NCBI GenBank assembly: GCA_046303455.1
Contig: JBKCGF010000097.1
Coordinates: 1 to 30,215, forward strand
From: Chitinophagaceae bacterium
Lineage (GTDB): Bacteria > Bacteroidota > Bacteroidia > Chitinophagales > Chitinophagaceae
Length of the DNA stretch: 30,215 nt
Direction: 5' to 3'
A model generated the notes under the pieces. That model was not told the DNA's origin and did not search any database. It was given only the letters and a program-made list of their open reading frames with translations. This document shows, piece after piece, positions 8,386 to 18,500 of the stretch (position 1 is the first letter of the stretch; the number at the start of each line of letters is the position of its first letter). A program made the translations under genes and the position numbers.

Positions 8386-8988
8386 TTGATAGTTATTGAT
8401 AAAGTTTTGCTGAGCGATGAGATTGTTGAGGCTGAATTCGTTTGCAATTTAACCAAGTGCAAAGGCGGATGCTGCGAAGATGGAGATGCTGGTGCACCAT
8501 TGACCGATCAGGAATTGGATGAAGTTTTAAAAGCGTTTGATAAGGTCAAGGGGAAAATGACAGCTGAGGGTTTGGAAGAAGTTGAAAAAAATGGGTTATA
8601 CCGATACGACAAGTCATTTGGTTGGGTTACGCCAACGGTCAATGAAAAAATATGTGCGTATGGGTATAAAGATGAGCAGGGTACAATCAAATGTACATTT
8701 GAAGAAGCGTATAATGAAGGAACAATTAAATGGAAAAAACCAATCTCTTGTCATCTTTACCCAATCAAGCGCAGCAAAAGCAGGTATTCTGAACATGAGC
8801 TTTTGAACTATGAACCCAGAGAGCAGTTATGCAGTCCCGGTTGTGCTTTGGGTGAAGAACTCAAAGTCCCAGTCTATAAATTTTTAAAAGAGCCTCTAGA
8901 GCGGGCTTATGGAAAATCGTTTTATAAGGCTTTGGAACAGGTGGCTGCAGAGTACTATTCTGAAGTAAAACCTAAGGGAAAAAAATAA
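8386..8988 (+). CDS. DUF3109-family cysteine-rich protein
   Basis: CKGGCCEDGDAGAPLT near the N-terminus and further Cys clusters (KICAYGY...IKCTFE, ISCHLYP, CSPGC) match my recollection of DUF3109. The start is set at TTG 8386 (MIVIDKVLLSDE...), but 8368 is possible. Confidence 0.7.
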   Translation: MIVIDKVLLSDEIVEAEFVCNLTKCKGGCCEDGDAGAPLTDQELDEVLKAFDKVKGKMTAEGLEEVEKNGLYRYDKSFGWVTPTVNEKICAYGYKDEQGTIKCTFEEAYNEGTIKWKKPISCHLYPIKRSKSRYSEHELLNYEPREQLCSPGCALGEELKVPVYKFLKEPLERAYGKSFYKALEQVAAEYYSEVKPKGKK

Positions 8989-8994
8989 ATATTG

Positions 8995-10389
8995 ATGATG
9001 GATACTTCAAAAATATTCAAAGAGAAGAGTTTTGATAAAGCGGCAGATTTGCAGCACCGCAAAACCATCAATTATAATATTGGAAAATACAATGCTGTTG
9101 TGCCATTGGGAAAGCAGCAATTCTCAGATCTTGAATTTGTAAGAGAAAAGGCCAAGAACCTCAAATGGAAGGCACTGGAAACACTCGATGTGCAACTTGA
9201 AAAGTTTGAACTGAATTTTTTAAAAAATGGAGGAAAAGTCATTTGGGCAGAAAATACAGAGCAAGCTTGTGAGGCAATTTTGAAGATTTGCAAAGAAAAA
9301 AATTGCAAATCTCTGGTTAAGAGTAAGAGCATGGTGACTGAAGAGATTCACCTCAATGAATTTTTGGAGAAGCATCAAATTGAAAGTGTGGAGACGGATC
9401 TTGGTGAGTATATTCAACAACTGGATAATGAAGCTCCTTATCATATTGTTACTCCTGCAATGCACAAGAGTAAAGAAGATGTGGCAAAGGTCTTTCATGA
9501 ACACTTGAATACGCCACTTGATCTTACTCCTGAAGAAATGACCTTGGTTGCAAGAGAGAAGTTGAGGGAAAAATATATGCAAGCAGAGATAGGTGTTACA
9601 GGAGCCAATTTCCTTATACCAGAAACGGGTAGCATTGCAATAACTGAAAATGAGGGTAATGGAAGATTAAGTGCATCTTGGCCAAAAACACATATTGTGA
9701 TCACTGGAATTGAAAAAGTAATTCCACAGTTACAGGATCTTGCATTGTTTTGGCCCTTGCTTTCTACTTATGGAACTGGACAACAAATAACGGTTTACAA
9801 CTCAATCATCAGTGGCCCAAAACGCAACAACGAAGAGGATGGTCCAACAGAAATGTATGTAATTCTGCTAGACAATGGGAGAACAAGTATTCTTCAAGAT
9901 CCTGTTTCAAGAGAGAGTTTATATTGTATTCGTTGTGGCGCTTGCCTCAATGCTTGTCCCGTTTATAAAAACATTGGTGGCCACAGTTATGGTACAACTT
10001 ATAGTGGGCCTATTGGCAGTGTGATTACACCCAATTTAAAAGACTTGGGTGAATGGAATCATTTGAGTCATGCATCCTCTCTTTGTGGTAATTGTACTGA
10101 AGTGTGTGCAGTAAAAATCAACTTGCATGAATTGCTGCTCAACAACAGAAGGGAAACAGTAAGGCTTGGACAAGGAAATATGATGGAAAAAATTGCTTGG
10201 GCCATCTGGCAGCAAAGCATGTTGTACAGGCCTGTTATGAATTTGGGTAATGCCAAGATTAAAAACTGGATGATCAATAAGTTGTTCAAGGGTTGGGTAG
10301 CTCACAGATCTGATCTTCATTTTCCAGAAAAAACATTCAATCAGCTCTGGAAAGAAAAACAGGATCTTCAGTCCGAAAACGTGAATTAA
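8995..10389 (+). CDS. LutB/LldF-family iron-sulfur protein (LUD domain + 2x4Fe-4S ferredoxin-type motifs)
   Basis: About 464 aa. CIRCGACLNACPVY and SLCGNCTEVC cluster motifs sit after a LUD/DUF162-like region (GVTGANFLIPETGSIAITENEGNGRL). It starts 6 nt after the DUF3109 stop. Confidence 0.85.
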   Translation: MMDTSKIFKEKSFDKAADLQHRKTINYNIGKYNAVVPLGKQQFSDLEFVREKAKNLKWKALETLDVQLEKFELNFLKNGGKVIWAENTEQACEAILKICKEKNCKSLVKSKSMVTEEIHLNEFLEKHQIESVETDLGEYIQQLDNEAPYHIVTPAMHKSKEDVAKVFHEHLNTPLDLTPEEMTLVAREKLREKYMQAEIGVTGANFLIPETGSIAITENEGNGRLSASWPKTHIVITGIEKVIPQLQDLALFWPLLSTYGTGQQITVYNSIISGPKRNNEEDGPTEMYVILLDNGRTSILQDPVSRESLYCIRCGACLNACPVYKNIGGHSYGTTYSGPIGSVITPNLKDLGEWNHLSHASSLCGNCTEVCAVKINLHELLLNNRRETVRLGQGNMMEKIAWAIWQQSMLYRPVMNLGNAKIKNWMINKLFKGWVAHRSDLHFPEKTFNQLWKEKQDLQSENVN

Positions 10390-10396
10390 AATATGT

Positions 10397-11311
10397 TTAT
10401 TCGGTACTAACTTTTTTAAAACTATTGTTCACCAGGTAAACACCAATTAGGGTGATAATTGTGCCTGCTATTATATAGATGGTGAGTTTCTCGTTCATGA
10501 GCAGGTCTCCAAGTAAAACAGCAACAATCGGATTGATATAGGAGTGTATTGAAACCTGTGTTGCTGGTAAATGTTTTAGCGCAAAAATATAGGCACCAAA
10601 TGCAATAACTGATCCAATCAAGATCAAGTATCCAATAGAAAGCCATGCCTCTGAAGGAACATGTGTATAGGCAACAAAATTACCTGAGGCATAAGACACG
10701 AGATTTAAAATAATCCCACTCATGAACATTTGCCAGCCCAATGAGAAATAAGGGTCCATATCTTTTGCCTGTTTGACTGTCAGCAAGGTGGCAAGAGCCC
10801 AGGTCATACTGGATATTACACCATACATGATGCCCAATGAAAAATCAGTGTAGAGTATATGTTCTACAAATTCAAAAAATGCAACCAATACGCCTAGAAA
10901 TCCAAGAATAATTCCAATGATGGTTTTGGCTTTAAATTTAACTTTTTTAAACAGTAGGAAACTGAATAGGACAACCCAAATGGGACTAATAGCGCCCACA
11001 ACAGCGCCTAATCCACTAGGCATATACACTATAGATAAAACACTGAAACCATTGCTGATTACAAACATTAAAACGGACATCCAGATGATTCTCCAAAATT
11101 GGGTTCTTTTAGGTATCATCCTTTTGTAGAAGGTAAAAAAAGCAACATAAATACCTCCGCCCAATAGATGTCTTAATCCTGATAGCTGAAGTGCAGGAAT
11201 ATATTTTACTCCTACTTTTGAAGCAATCCATGTAGTACCCCACAATACCGAAACCAATCCAACTGCAAAAAGCGCTTTTGACCTCTCTGGATTTTCTGCA
11301 GTTTGTTTCAA
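10397..11311 (-). CDS. EamA/DMT-family transporter
   Basis: 304 aa with 10 hydrophobic segments in two EamA-like halves. Substrate unknown. Confidence 0.75.
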   Translation of the reverse strand: MKQTAENPERSKALFAVGLVSVLWGTTWIASKVGVKYIPALQLSGLRHLLGGGIYVAFFTFYKRMIPKRTQFWRIIWMSVLMFVISNGFSVLSIVYMPSGLGAVVGAISPIWVVLFSFLLFKKVKFKAKTIIGIILGFLGVLVAFFEFVEHILYTDFSLGIMYGVISSMTWALATLLTVKQAKDMDPYFSLGWQMFMSGIILNLVSYASGNFVAYTHVPSEAWLSIGYLILIGSVIAFGAYIFALKHLPATQVSIHSYINPIVAVLLGDLLMNEKLTIYIIAGTIITLIGVYLVNNSFKKVSTE

Positions 11312-11346
11312 TGTAGGTATGTATTTATATCTGATTTCTAATTATA

Positions 11347-12867
11347 CTAATGTCTGAAATGTCTTAATCCTGTCATCACCATGGCAAGTCCATTGTTCTT
11401 GCAATATTCAATTGAATCTTTATCGCGTATAGAACCACCAGGTTGTATATAAGCACTCACGCCTTCTGCATGACCCATTCTTACGCAATCATCAAAAGGA
11501 AAGAAAGCATCACTGGCCATCACCGCACCATTCAAATCAAAGTTGAATTGCTTTGCTTTTTCAATTGCATGTCTAAGCGAGTCAATTCTTGATGTCTGAC
11601 CACATCCCTTTCCAATCAACTGCAAATCCTTGGTGAGCGTTATCGCATTAGATTTAAGGTGCTTGCATACTTTATTGGCAAAAATCAACTCTTTTTTTTC
11701 AGCCTCACTACAGTTTCTGCCTCCAACTTCCTCCCATTTGTCAAAATTGCCTTCATCAACTTGTTGCAGTAATACGCCGTTCAAAAGTGATTTAAATTGA
11801 TTTTTATTTGTTGTTTTCTTTTTTTGAATCAACAGAATTCTGTTTTTCTTGGCAGCAAGAATTTGTAACGCATCTTCGTCAAATCCCGGTGCGATCAGTA
11901 CTTCAAAAAATATCTCATTGATTTGGTCTGCAGTTGCTTTGTCAATCTGTTTATTGCACACCAATACGCCACCAAAAGCACTTTCCGGATCACCTTGTAA
12001 GGCATATTTCCAGGCCTCTGCTACACTACTTCTGCTTGCGATGCCACAAACATTGGTGTGTTTGATGATTGCAAAAGTTGCCTCTCTTTCTTCTTCAAAT
12101 TCATCAATAAGTTGTGTTGCAGCTTCAACATCTACGAGGTTGTTGTAGGACAATTCTTTTCCGTGTATTTTAGAAAAAATCTCATCCAGATTGCCGTAAA
12201 ACACACCTCGTTGGTGTGGATTCTCGCCATAACGAAGAACTTGAGGATTTCCTTGGGCATAAACAAATTCCTGTGCTGGGTCTGTCGCGAAATAATTTGA
12301 AATAGCTGCATCATAATGAGCCACAACATCAAATGCTTTTGCAGCATAGCTTCTTCTTTGCTCAATGTTGGTGCTGCATTCCTGCTTTTCAAGCAGTTCT
12401 ACAATGTCTTTGTAGTCTTGCTTTGAGGCAATCACGAGCAAATCGCTAAAGTTTTTTGCAGCAGCTCTTATCATAGAAGGTCCACCGATGTCAATTTTTT
12501 CTATGATCAACTTTTCCTCACTGGTCTGCGCCACTGTCTCTTCGAAAGGATAAAGGTCAACAATGACCAAGTCTATTTCTGGTATTTCATATTCTTTCAT
12601 TTCCAGTAAATCTTGCTCCACAGCTCTTCTGCCAAGTATGCCTCCAAATATTTTTGGGTGTAAGGTTTTGACCCTGCCTCCTAAAATAGAAGGGTAATCG
12701 GTAACAGATTCAACTGGAACACATTCCAGTCCAAGTTTTTCAATAAACTGCTGTGTTCCGCCAGTAGAATAGATGGTTACTCCTTGTTGGTGAAGTAAAT
12801 TCACCAATGGCTCAAGTCCATCTTTGTAAAACACAGAAATCAGGGCAGATCTAATTTTTTTATACAT
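11347..12867 (-). CDS. purH: Bifunctional AICAR formyltransferase / IMP cyclohydrolase
   Basis: 506 aa. ALISVFYKDGL, STGGT, GGRVKTLHPKIFGGIL and a C-terminal ...MVMTGLRHFRH are characteristic of PurH. Confidence 0.95.
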   Translation of the reverse strand: MYKKIRSALISVFYKDGLEPLVNLLHQQGVTIYSTGGTQQFIEKLGLECVPVESVTDYPSILGGRVKTLHPKIFGGILGRRAVEQDLLEMKEYEIPEIDLVIVDLYPFEETVAQTSEEKLIIEKIDIGGPSMIRAAAKNFSDLLVIASKQDYKDIVELLEKQECSTNIEQRRSYAAKAFDVVAHYDAAISNYFATDPAQEFVYAQGNPQVLRYGENPHQRGVFYGNLDEIFSKIHGKELSYNNLVDVEAATQLIDEFEEEREATFAIIKHTNVCGIASRSSVAEAWKYALQGDPESAFGGVLVCNKQIDKATADQINEIFFEVLIAPGFDEDALQILAAKKNRILLIQKKKTTNKNQFKSLLNGVLLQQVDEGNFDKWEEVGGRNCSEAEKKELIFANKVCKHLKSNAITLTKDLQLIGKGCGQTSRIDSLRHAIEKAKQFNFDLNGAVMASDAFFPFDDCVRMGHAEGVSAYIQPGGSIRDKDSIEYCKNNGLAMVMTGLRHFRH

Positions 12868-12890
12868 ATTGAGCGTTTGTTAAGGTCTTT

Positions 12891-14885
12891 TTATTGGTGT
12901 TGACAGGGTATGATATAAGCTCCCTTTTCCGGGATTGAATGGAGTCGCAAATGTAGCTCTTGTGCTTGTTTTTCCCATTGCCTAATTTTCCACAGTTTGT
13001 TTGAGCCATCTGCTAATAACAGTACTGAATCTGTCAGCGCTACTGGTAGTTGCCTTAGGTTTGAAATTGTGTTTGTTAAATAAGACATGTGTATAAATCT
13101 ATTGCTCTTTCCCTGAGTAGTGTATTCAATGAGCGCTGGTTGATTTTGGAGAGGCTGTAATTGCCAATGCTCGATTCCCAGAACATTTCTAAATGATTTC
13201 AATTGTTTGTTTAGTTGTTGTCGGTTATTCAGAAAGCCAAACGAGGCAAGTACCACAGCATTTTTTCCATGTTGATGGATTATGCAGGTTTCTCCTTTGA
13301 AATTCAAGGAGAGTAGCTGTTTGGTTTTTGAGAGTTGGTATTGCTCTATCGCATAAATTGTAAAAAGAGCATTAATGGACAGCAAGACAGCTAAAATTGA
13401 GGCGTTGCTTCTGTTTAGAAATGCAACTGTTAATGCTAAGATTAGTACATACAGACAAATCGAAATTGACAGAGATGTTGATATTTGAATTGTATTGAAG
13501 TGTATACTGGCAATTTTTTCAATGTAGGTATTCATCAAAACAAGACAGAAATGAATTATTGATGCTATACCTCCTGTTGGTAATAACAAGAAGGATGCTC
13601 CGCACAGTGCGATAGCCAGAAGTAGAACTGTGCTGGATAAAGGGACAGCCACCATATTGGTGATCAGAAAGAGTAGGGGAAATTGTTTGAAATGAAACAG
13701 AACAATTGGGGTAGTTAGTATTTGTGCTGCCAGGGTTATGGAAACCATGTTCCATAAATATGTGAGTGATTTGTTTTTTGTAAAGACCCATTTGGAAATG
13801 ATAGGTTCATAAATCAAAATTGATAAAACTGCTGCATAACTCAGTTGAAAGCCAATATCGTTGATTATGCCAGGATGAATGACAAGCAGAAAAAAAGCGG
13901 ATGCCAGTAACACATTGATGCTACCCGTTCTTTTTCTAAAAAGATTTCCCAACAGTAACAAGGTGAATACCAATACACTCCTCATTACAGAAGCTGAAGC
14001 GCCAGTAACGAAAGCAAAAATCCATAGTAAGGGTAAGATGATACTGAAGCTCATGTATCTCGAAATATTTCTGGAAACAACTAAGCTTAGGATAATATGG
14101 AGTACATAAAAAATTAATCCGAGGTGCATTCCAGAGACAGCTATAATATGCGATACTCCGGTTTTGGTATATTGTTCTTGTAGCCTAGGATCTAAATCTT
14201 CCTTGTATCCGATGAGTAACGCTTCTGTTAGTCCGGACTCAACCGGATCTTTGATATGCGTTTGAATAGTGTTAATAATCCATTTTCTGGTATTGTTTAA
14301 TATTAACCGAACGATATCTTGATGATGACCGAACCTGACTATTTCTTCTACATTGTTTATAATTATTGAATGCTTTATGCCGGCGTTTTTTGCAAATGCT
14401 GAAAAATCCAATCCACCAGGGTTTTGAATGGATTGAATTTGTTCGGGTGATCTTAAAGTAACCAATACATTTCCTGGATTTAGTTGTTTGATGTTTGCCG
14501 AGATATACAAATAGACTTTTAATTTATTTCTAAATCTATTTTGATGATGCACATATAAGTTTGCTACAAATCGATTGTAATTTTTTCCTGGTTTATCCAG
14601 TTCATCTAAATGGATAATGTAAACTTCGTTTTTTGAAAATTCAGGTGTGGGTTCAGATTTGAATGTGTTTGCATTCAGTCCCAGGAGAAAGATCTGTAAG
14701 TGAATAAGTATTCCCAGTTGTCTTCTGTATTTCCATTTTGCAAGCGTATGATTGGTCTCAAAACAGAATAATACAATTGAATTTATCAGCAGAGCCACTA
14801 TGCTTAAATGATTAGCAATGGTGCTACTAAGCAAGCCTGGTAGAAATGCAATCAGGATTCTTAAGAAGGGAAATTCACTAAACAC
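12891..14885 (-). CDS. ComEC/Rec2-family DNA internalisation channel protein (no recognisable metallo-beta-lactamase motif)
   Basis: 664 aa. N-terminal TM and OB-like region, then a polytopic competence domain with GVSHIIAVSGMHLGLI. GTG start. It lies 23 nt upstream of purH on the same strand. Confidence 0.8.
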   Translation of the reverse strand: MFSEFPFLRILIAFLPGLLSSTIANHLSIVALLINSIVLFCFETNHTLAKWKYRRQLGILIHLQIFLLGLNANTFKSEPTPEFSKNEVYIIHLDELDKPGKNYNRFVANLYVHHQNRFRNKLKVYLYISANIKQLNPGNVLVTLRSPEQIQSIQNPGGLDFSAFAKNAGIKHSIIINNVEEIVRFGHHQDIVRLILNNTRKWIINTIQTHIKDPVESGLTEALLIGYKEDLDPRLQEQYTKTGVSHIIAVSGMHLGLIFYVLHIILSLVVSRNISRYMSFSIILPLLWIFAFVTGASASVMRSVLVFTLLLLGNLFRKRTGSINVLLASAFFLLVIHPGIINDIGFQLSYAAVLSILIYEPIISKWVFTKNKSLTYLWNMVSITLAAQILTTPIVLFHFKQFPLLFLITNMVAVPLSSTVLLLAIALCGASFLLLPTGGIASIIHFCLVLMNTYIEKIASIHFNTIQISTSLSISICLYVLILALTVAFLNRSNASILAVLLSINALFTIYAIEQYQLSKTKQLLSLNFKGETCIIHQHGKNAVVLASFGFLNNRQQLNKQLKSFRNVLGIEHWQLQPLQNQPALIEYTTQGKSNRFIHMSYLTNTISNLRQLPVALTDSVLLLADGSNKLWKIRQWEKQAQELHLRLHSIPEKGAYIIPCQHQ

Positions 14886-15018
14886 GCTGAAACTAAGATG
14901 CTTTAGATAAAAGTAAGTTCTGCATTAAGAATGTATATGTAGGTTTAACGTTACTAATTTGGTATTAACATCTTTTTGTCAGGTGCAATTATTGTAACTT
15001 AGTTTTAAACCCAGTGTG

Positions 15019-15540
15019 ATGAAATCTTTACAATCCATATCAATCGCATTCATTTTCATTGCTCTTTTTTCCTGCAGCAGTGCAAAAATCTTTTTTGTTC
15101 GGCATGCTGAAAAGTCAGTTGAATCTAAAATTGATCCGCCTTTAACTCCAGATGGTGAAAAACGCGCTATAGATTTGGCAAAAACCTTGAAGGGTAAAAA
15201 TATTAAGCATATCTATTCAACACAAACAAACAGGACGGTATCAACGGCAAAGCCTTTGTCAGATGCACTTGCTTTACCCATTGATCTCTATGCACATGAT
15301 ACAATGCCGAAATTTTTATACAGGGTCTTAGCATCAGGTGAAAATGCTTTGGTAGTTGGGCATAGCAATACAGTTTTGAAAATGATTGAAGAACTGGATC
15401 TTCACCCATCTAAAAAAGAAATTTCTGACTCAGAATACGATAACCTTTTTGTGGTTTATCTCAAGCGTAAAAATGGACAGGGCGGCTATACCCTTCAGTT
15501 GAAAGAGCTTAAATACGGTGCACCATCCATTAAGAAATAA
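15019..15540 (+). CDS. Exported histidine-phosphatase-superfamily protein (SixA/phosphoglycerate-mutase-like), probable lipoprotein
   Basis: Signal peptide ending LFSC (lipobox-like), the catalytic FVRHAEK motif and a distal GHSNT motif. The GTG at 15016 is an alternative start. Confidence 0.7.
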   Translation: MKSLQSISIAFIFIALFSCSSAKIFFVRHAEKSVESKIDPPLTPDGEKRAIDLAKTLKGKNIKHIYSTQTNRTVSTAKPLSDALALPIDLYAHDTMPKFLYRVLASGENALVVGHSNTVLKMIEELDLHPSKKEISDSEYDNLFVVYLKRKNGQGGYTLQLKELKYGAPSIKK

Positions 15541-15541
15541 A

Positions 15542-18500
15542 TTAGAAGTCGAGGCCAAGAGAAAAATACCAGCGCGGTTTACCATCGAAAAATCCTCCCA
15601 TTGGCCAACCAGCATCTAGTCTGAGGAAGTATCCGAGCAAGGTACTTCTTGCTCCAAAACCATATCCTCCAACGAATGGTCCAACGCCTCCTGTTTTGAT
15701 TATCACCTGGACTGGCGGTAGACCATATACTTCAGAAGGACGGCTGAGTTGTTTGAACTGTCCATTCCAGGCTGCACCTAAATCAGTGAATTGAACCAAT
15801 TGAAGATTCCTGAGAAAGGCATTGTTGATGGGTCTGTTGATAAAAGTTGACAACAAGGGAAGTCTGAATTCTGAGTTGATGACAATATTATTATTTCCGT
15901 TGGCCACATTTTGTTTGTGTCCTCTTAAATTCAGAGCCAGTGTTTGGTAGGCGTAGTCCTGATCGGGTGCAGGTATAACACCATTGTTGAATTTGGGAGT
16001 AAGCCACCCGTCAGTGCCACCCAAATAGTAAATTAGTTTTTCAGATCCAAAAGAAAAATCTGCTGCAGCTCTTCCCGCCCATATAAAGTTTCTGAAAATT
16101 GGGTAATAATAACGAAGGTCACCACCCACATTGAACATGAAACTGCCATTTGTTTTTCTGTTGACCAATCGTGAATTGATATCAGTATAAATTTTGTAAC
16201 GAAGGCCATTCCAAATATTGAGGGTTGGATAGATGGTATTATCATGTACATATTCTAACCTCAAGAGTGCGTATTTGAGGACTGTATCCGGCATGCTAAG
16301 GGAAGGTGTAAAGTTTGCGTCTGAATAGATGATTGACCTATCACTTCTGTAGCCCAAAGACGCCCTTATGCTTTTTACTTCATTGAAAGGATAGCTTACA
16401 TTGAATTGAAAGAGATTGGAAGCCATTCTGTTTCTTAACTGCGACTTAATATCATTAAAGTCGTAGATAGGATACCATTCCTGATTACTCCTGTAATAGG
16501 TCAGTCCCCAATCAAACCTTCTTTTTAAATTTTGGAATGAGGCGAGATAATCATTGTCCCTCAAATTTGTTGCCAGTCGAAATCCACCAATGAATTTTTT
16601 ATCCTCCATCAAATCTGAAATACCCATTCTCAGAATACCATTGAGGTTATCTGTGTTTGCCAGGTAAATGGGACCAGAACCGCCGCCATAAGGCTGATAC
16701 CTGTTCACCAATACTGAGTTGTTGAATCCTGACACAATATAGTCAGAGCCAAATTTTAATTTGTAATCAAAAAGTTTAGCTTTCTTGATGACATCTTCTT
16801 TTTGGTTAATTGGGTCTTCAATTGGGGTAATTGGGGTGACTTCTTTTGCTTGTTCTTCAAATTCAGTTTGGAAAAGAACTGATTTTTTTTCACCCTTTGA
16901 AGGAGTATTTTTTTCTTGTTGATAGCGTACAGCACCAGCTTTCTTTTTTCTCTCTTCTTCCATCAATTCTTTGATGTAGGCTGTAGGCTTTGCATTGATG
17001 TTGCGTTTTGTGAGTACTGATTCATTGATCTTTAATTTGTAAAGAAACTTAAGATCACCTTCTTGTCGCACTTCACTTACTTGATTGTTATCTCCTGCAC
17101 CTCTGGTTTCCTGCAAACTACTTTGGTAGTTGGTTATTGGGAAAACGTAAGTGCTGTCATTTGTAATTGAAATATAACCAATAGAATCTGGTACAGATTT
17201 TTCCCAGGCCTTTAATGTAGAGTCCAGTTCTTTTCTATCAGGGTTTCTCAATACATCATCTCCAATGCTGTAAATGGTATCTAATCCAGCTCTTTTCGTG
17301 GTGAAAAATCCAGCATAGCGATTTCCTATTCCATTTGCATCACTTACAAATGTGAAGTGATTGACATTGTATTGAAGTGGAAATCTTGCTTGTCCGTAAC
17401 GTTGATTCGTTAGCATGGTAATTTGCCTGAACTCGCTTTTTGTCCAGTTGTCTACCATGAAAACATTAAAGTTATTTCTTGAAGCTATTGCGGTATCTGA
17501 TTTTATAGCATTGGCAGATGGACGATTCGATGAGAAAAGAATTCCATTTTTATTTGGGAAGGCAGCAAATGAAGGATCAAGATCATCATATACATCGTTC
17601 GTGATTTGGTCGAAAGATCGTTCATTGATTTTATAAACAAAAATATCTGATTGTCCATTCTTTGCTGCGCTCATAACAAGTGTATTGTTGTCGAGCATGA
17701 ACTTGGCATCCTGAATTTGCTGAAACTCGTCTAAAGTCTGTTTATTGGTCTTGATTCTGGATACAATGTCATAGACAAACATTTTGATCTTTCCTTCTTC
17801 TGTATAAATAACCAGCAATCTTGATCCTTTAGGATCCCAAGCAAGAATCGGATAATTGGGATTGAGTTCATCCTGGTAGTTGAGTATACCGGCTTTCAGG
17901 AGTACTTTTCTTTTTTCGGAAAGATCTTCAAACACAACTCTGTAAATACCTTTTTTGTATTGGACCATCGCATAGGTATTGTTTCTGGCGATGGGGTTGG
18001 CTTGGAAACTGTAAAAATCTTCTCTTGTGCTTTTTTCTTCGATGGCAACTATGTTTCCTTTTGGTAGATTTCTTCTGCCTCTGGTGTCATCAAGGTATTT
18101 GTCAGCCTCCACCTGCATAAATTCCTGCAAAAGATCTTTGAACTTTTGTTTGGTTATTTTTAAGCTTGCTGCATTGAGGCTTTTATAAATCCGCGATAGA
18201 TAAAGAAAATAAGTGATGTTATCTTTCTTGTATTTTTCACCAATGAATCTCCAGAAAGAATGCCCAGCCAGTTGTGGTTCAGCAAAAGCAAACTGATAGA
18301 ATGTTTTGTATTTGCCAGAAAGCAATGCTGATTTCAATTGATCATCTAAAGCGGGACTCCAATTTTCTCCAACATAGGCAACATACCCGTCTGTCAACCA
18401 TTTAGGTAAGTCGAGTAAGGCCTGGTTACTTGCAAATTCACCGAGGTCGTCTCCAAATAGCATGTTTTGAACCAGTATTTGTGCAATACCCTGACGAATT

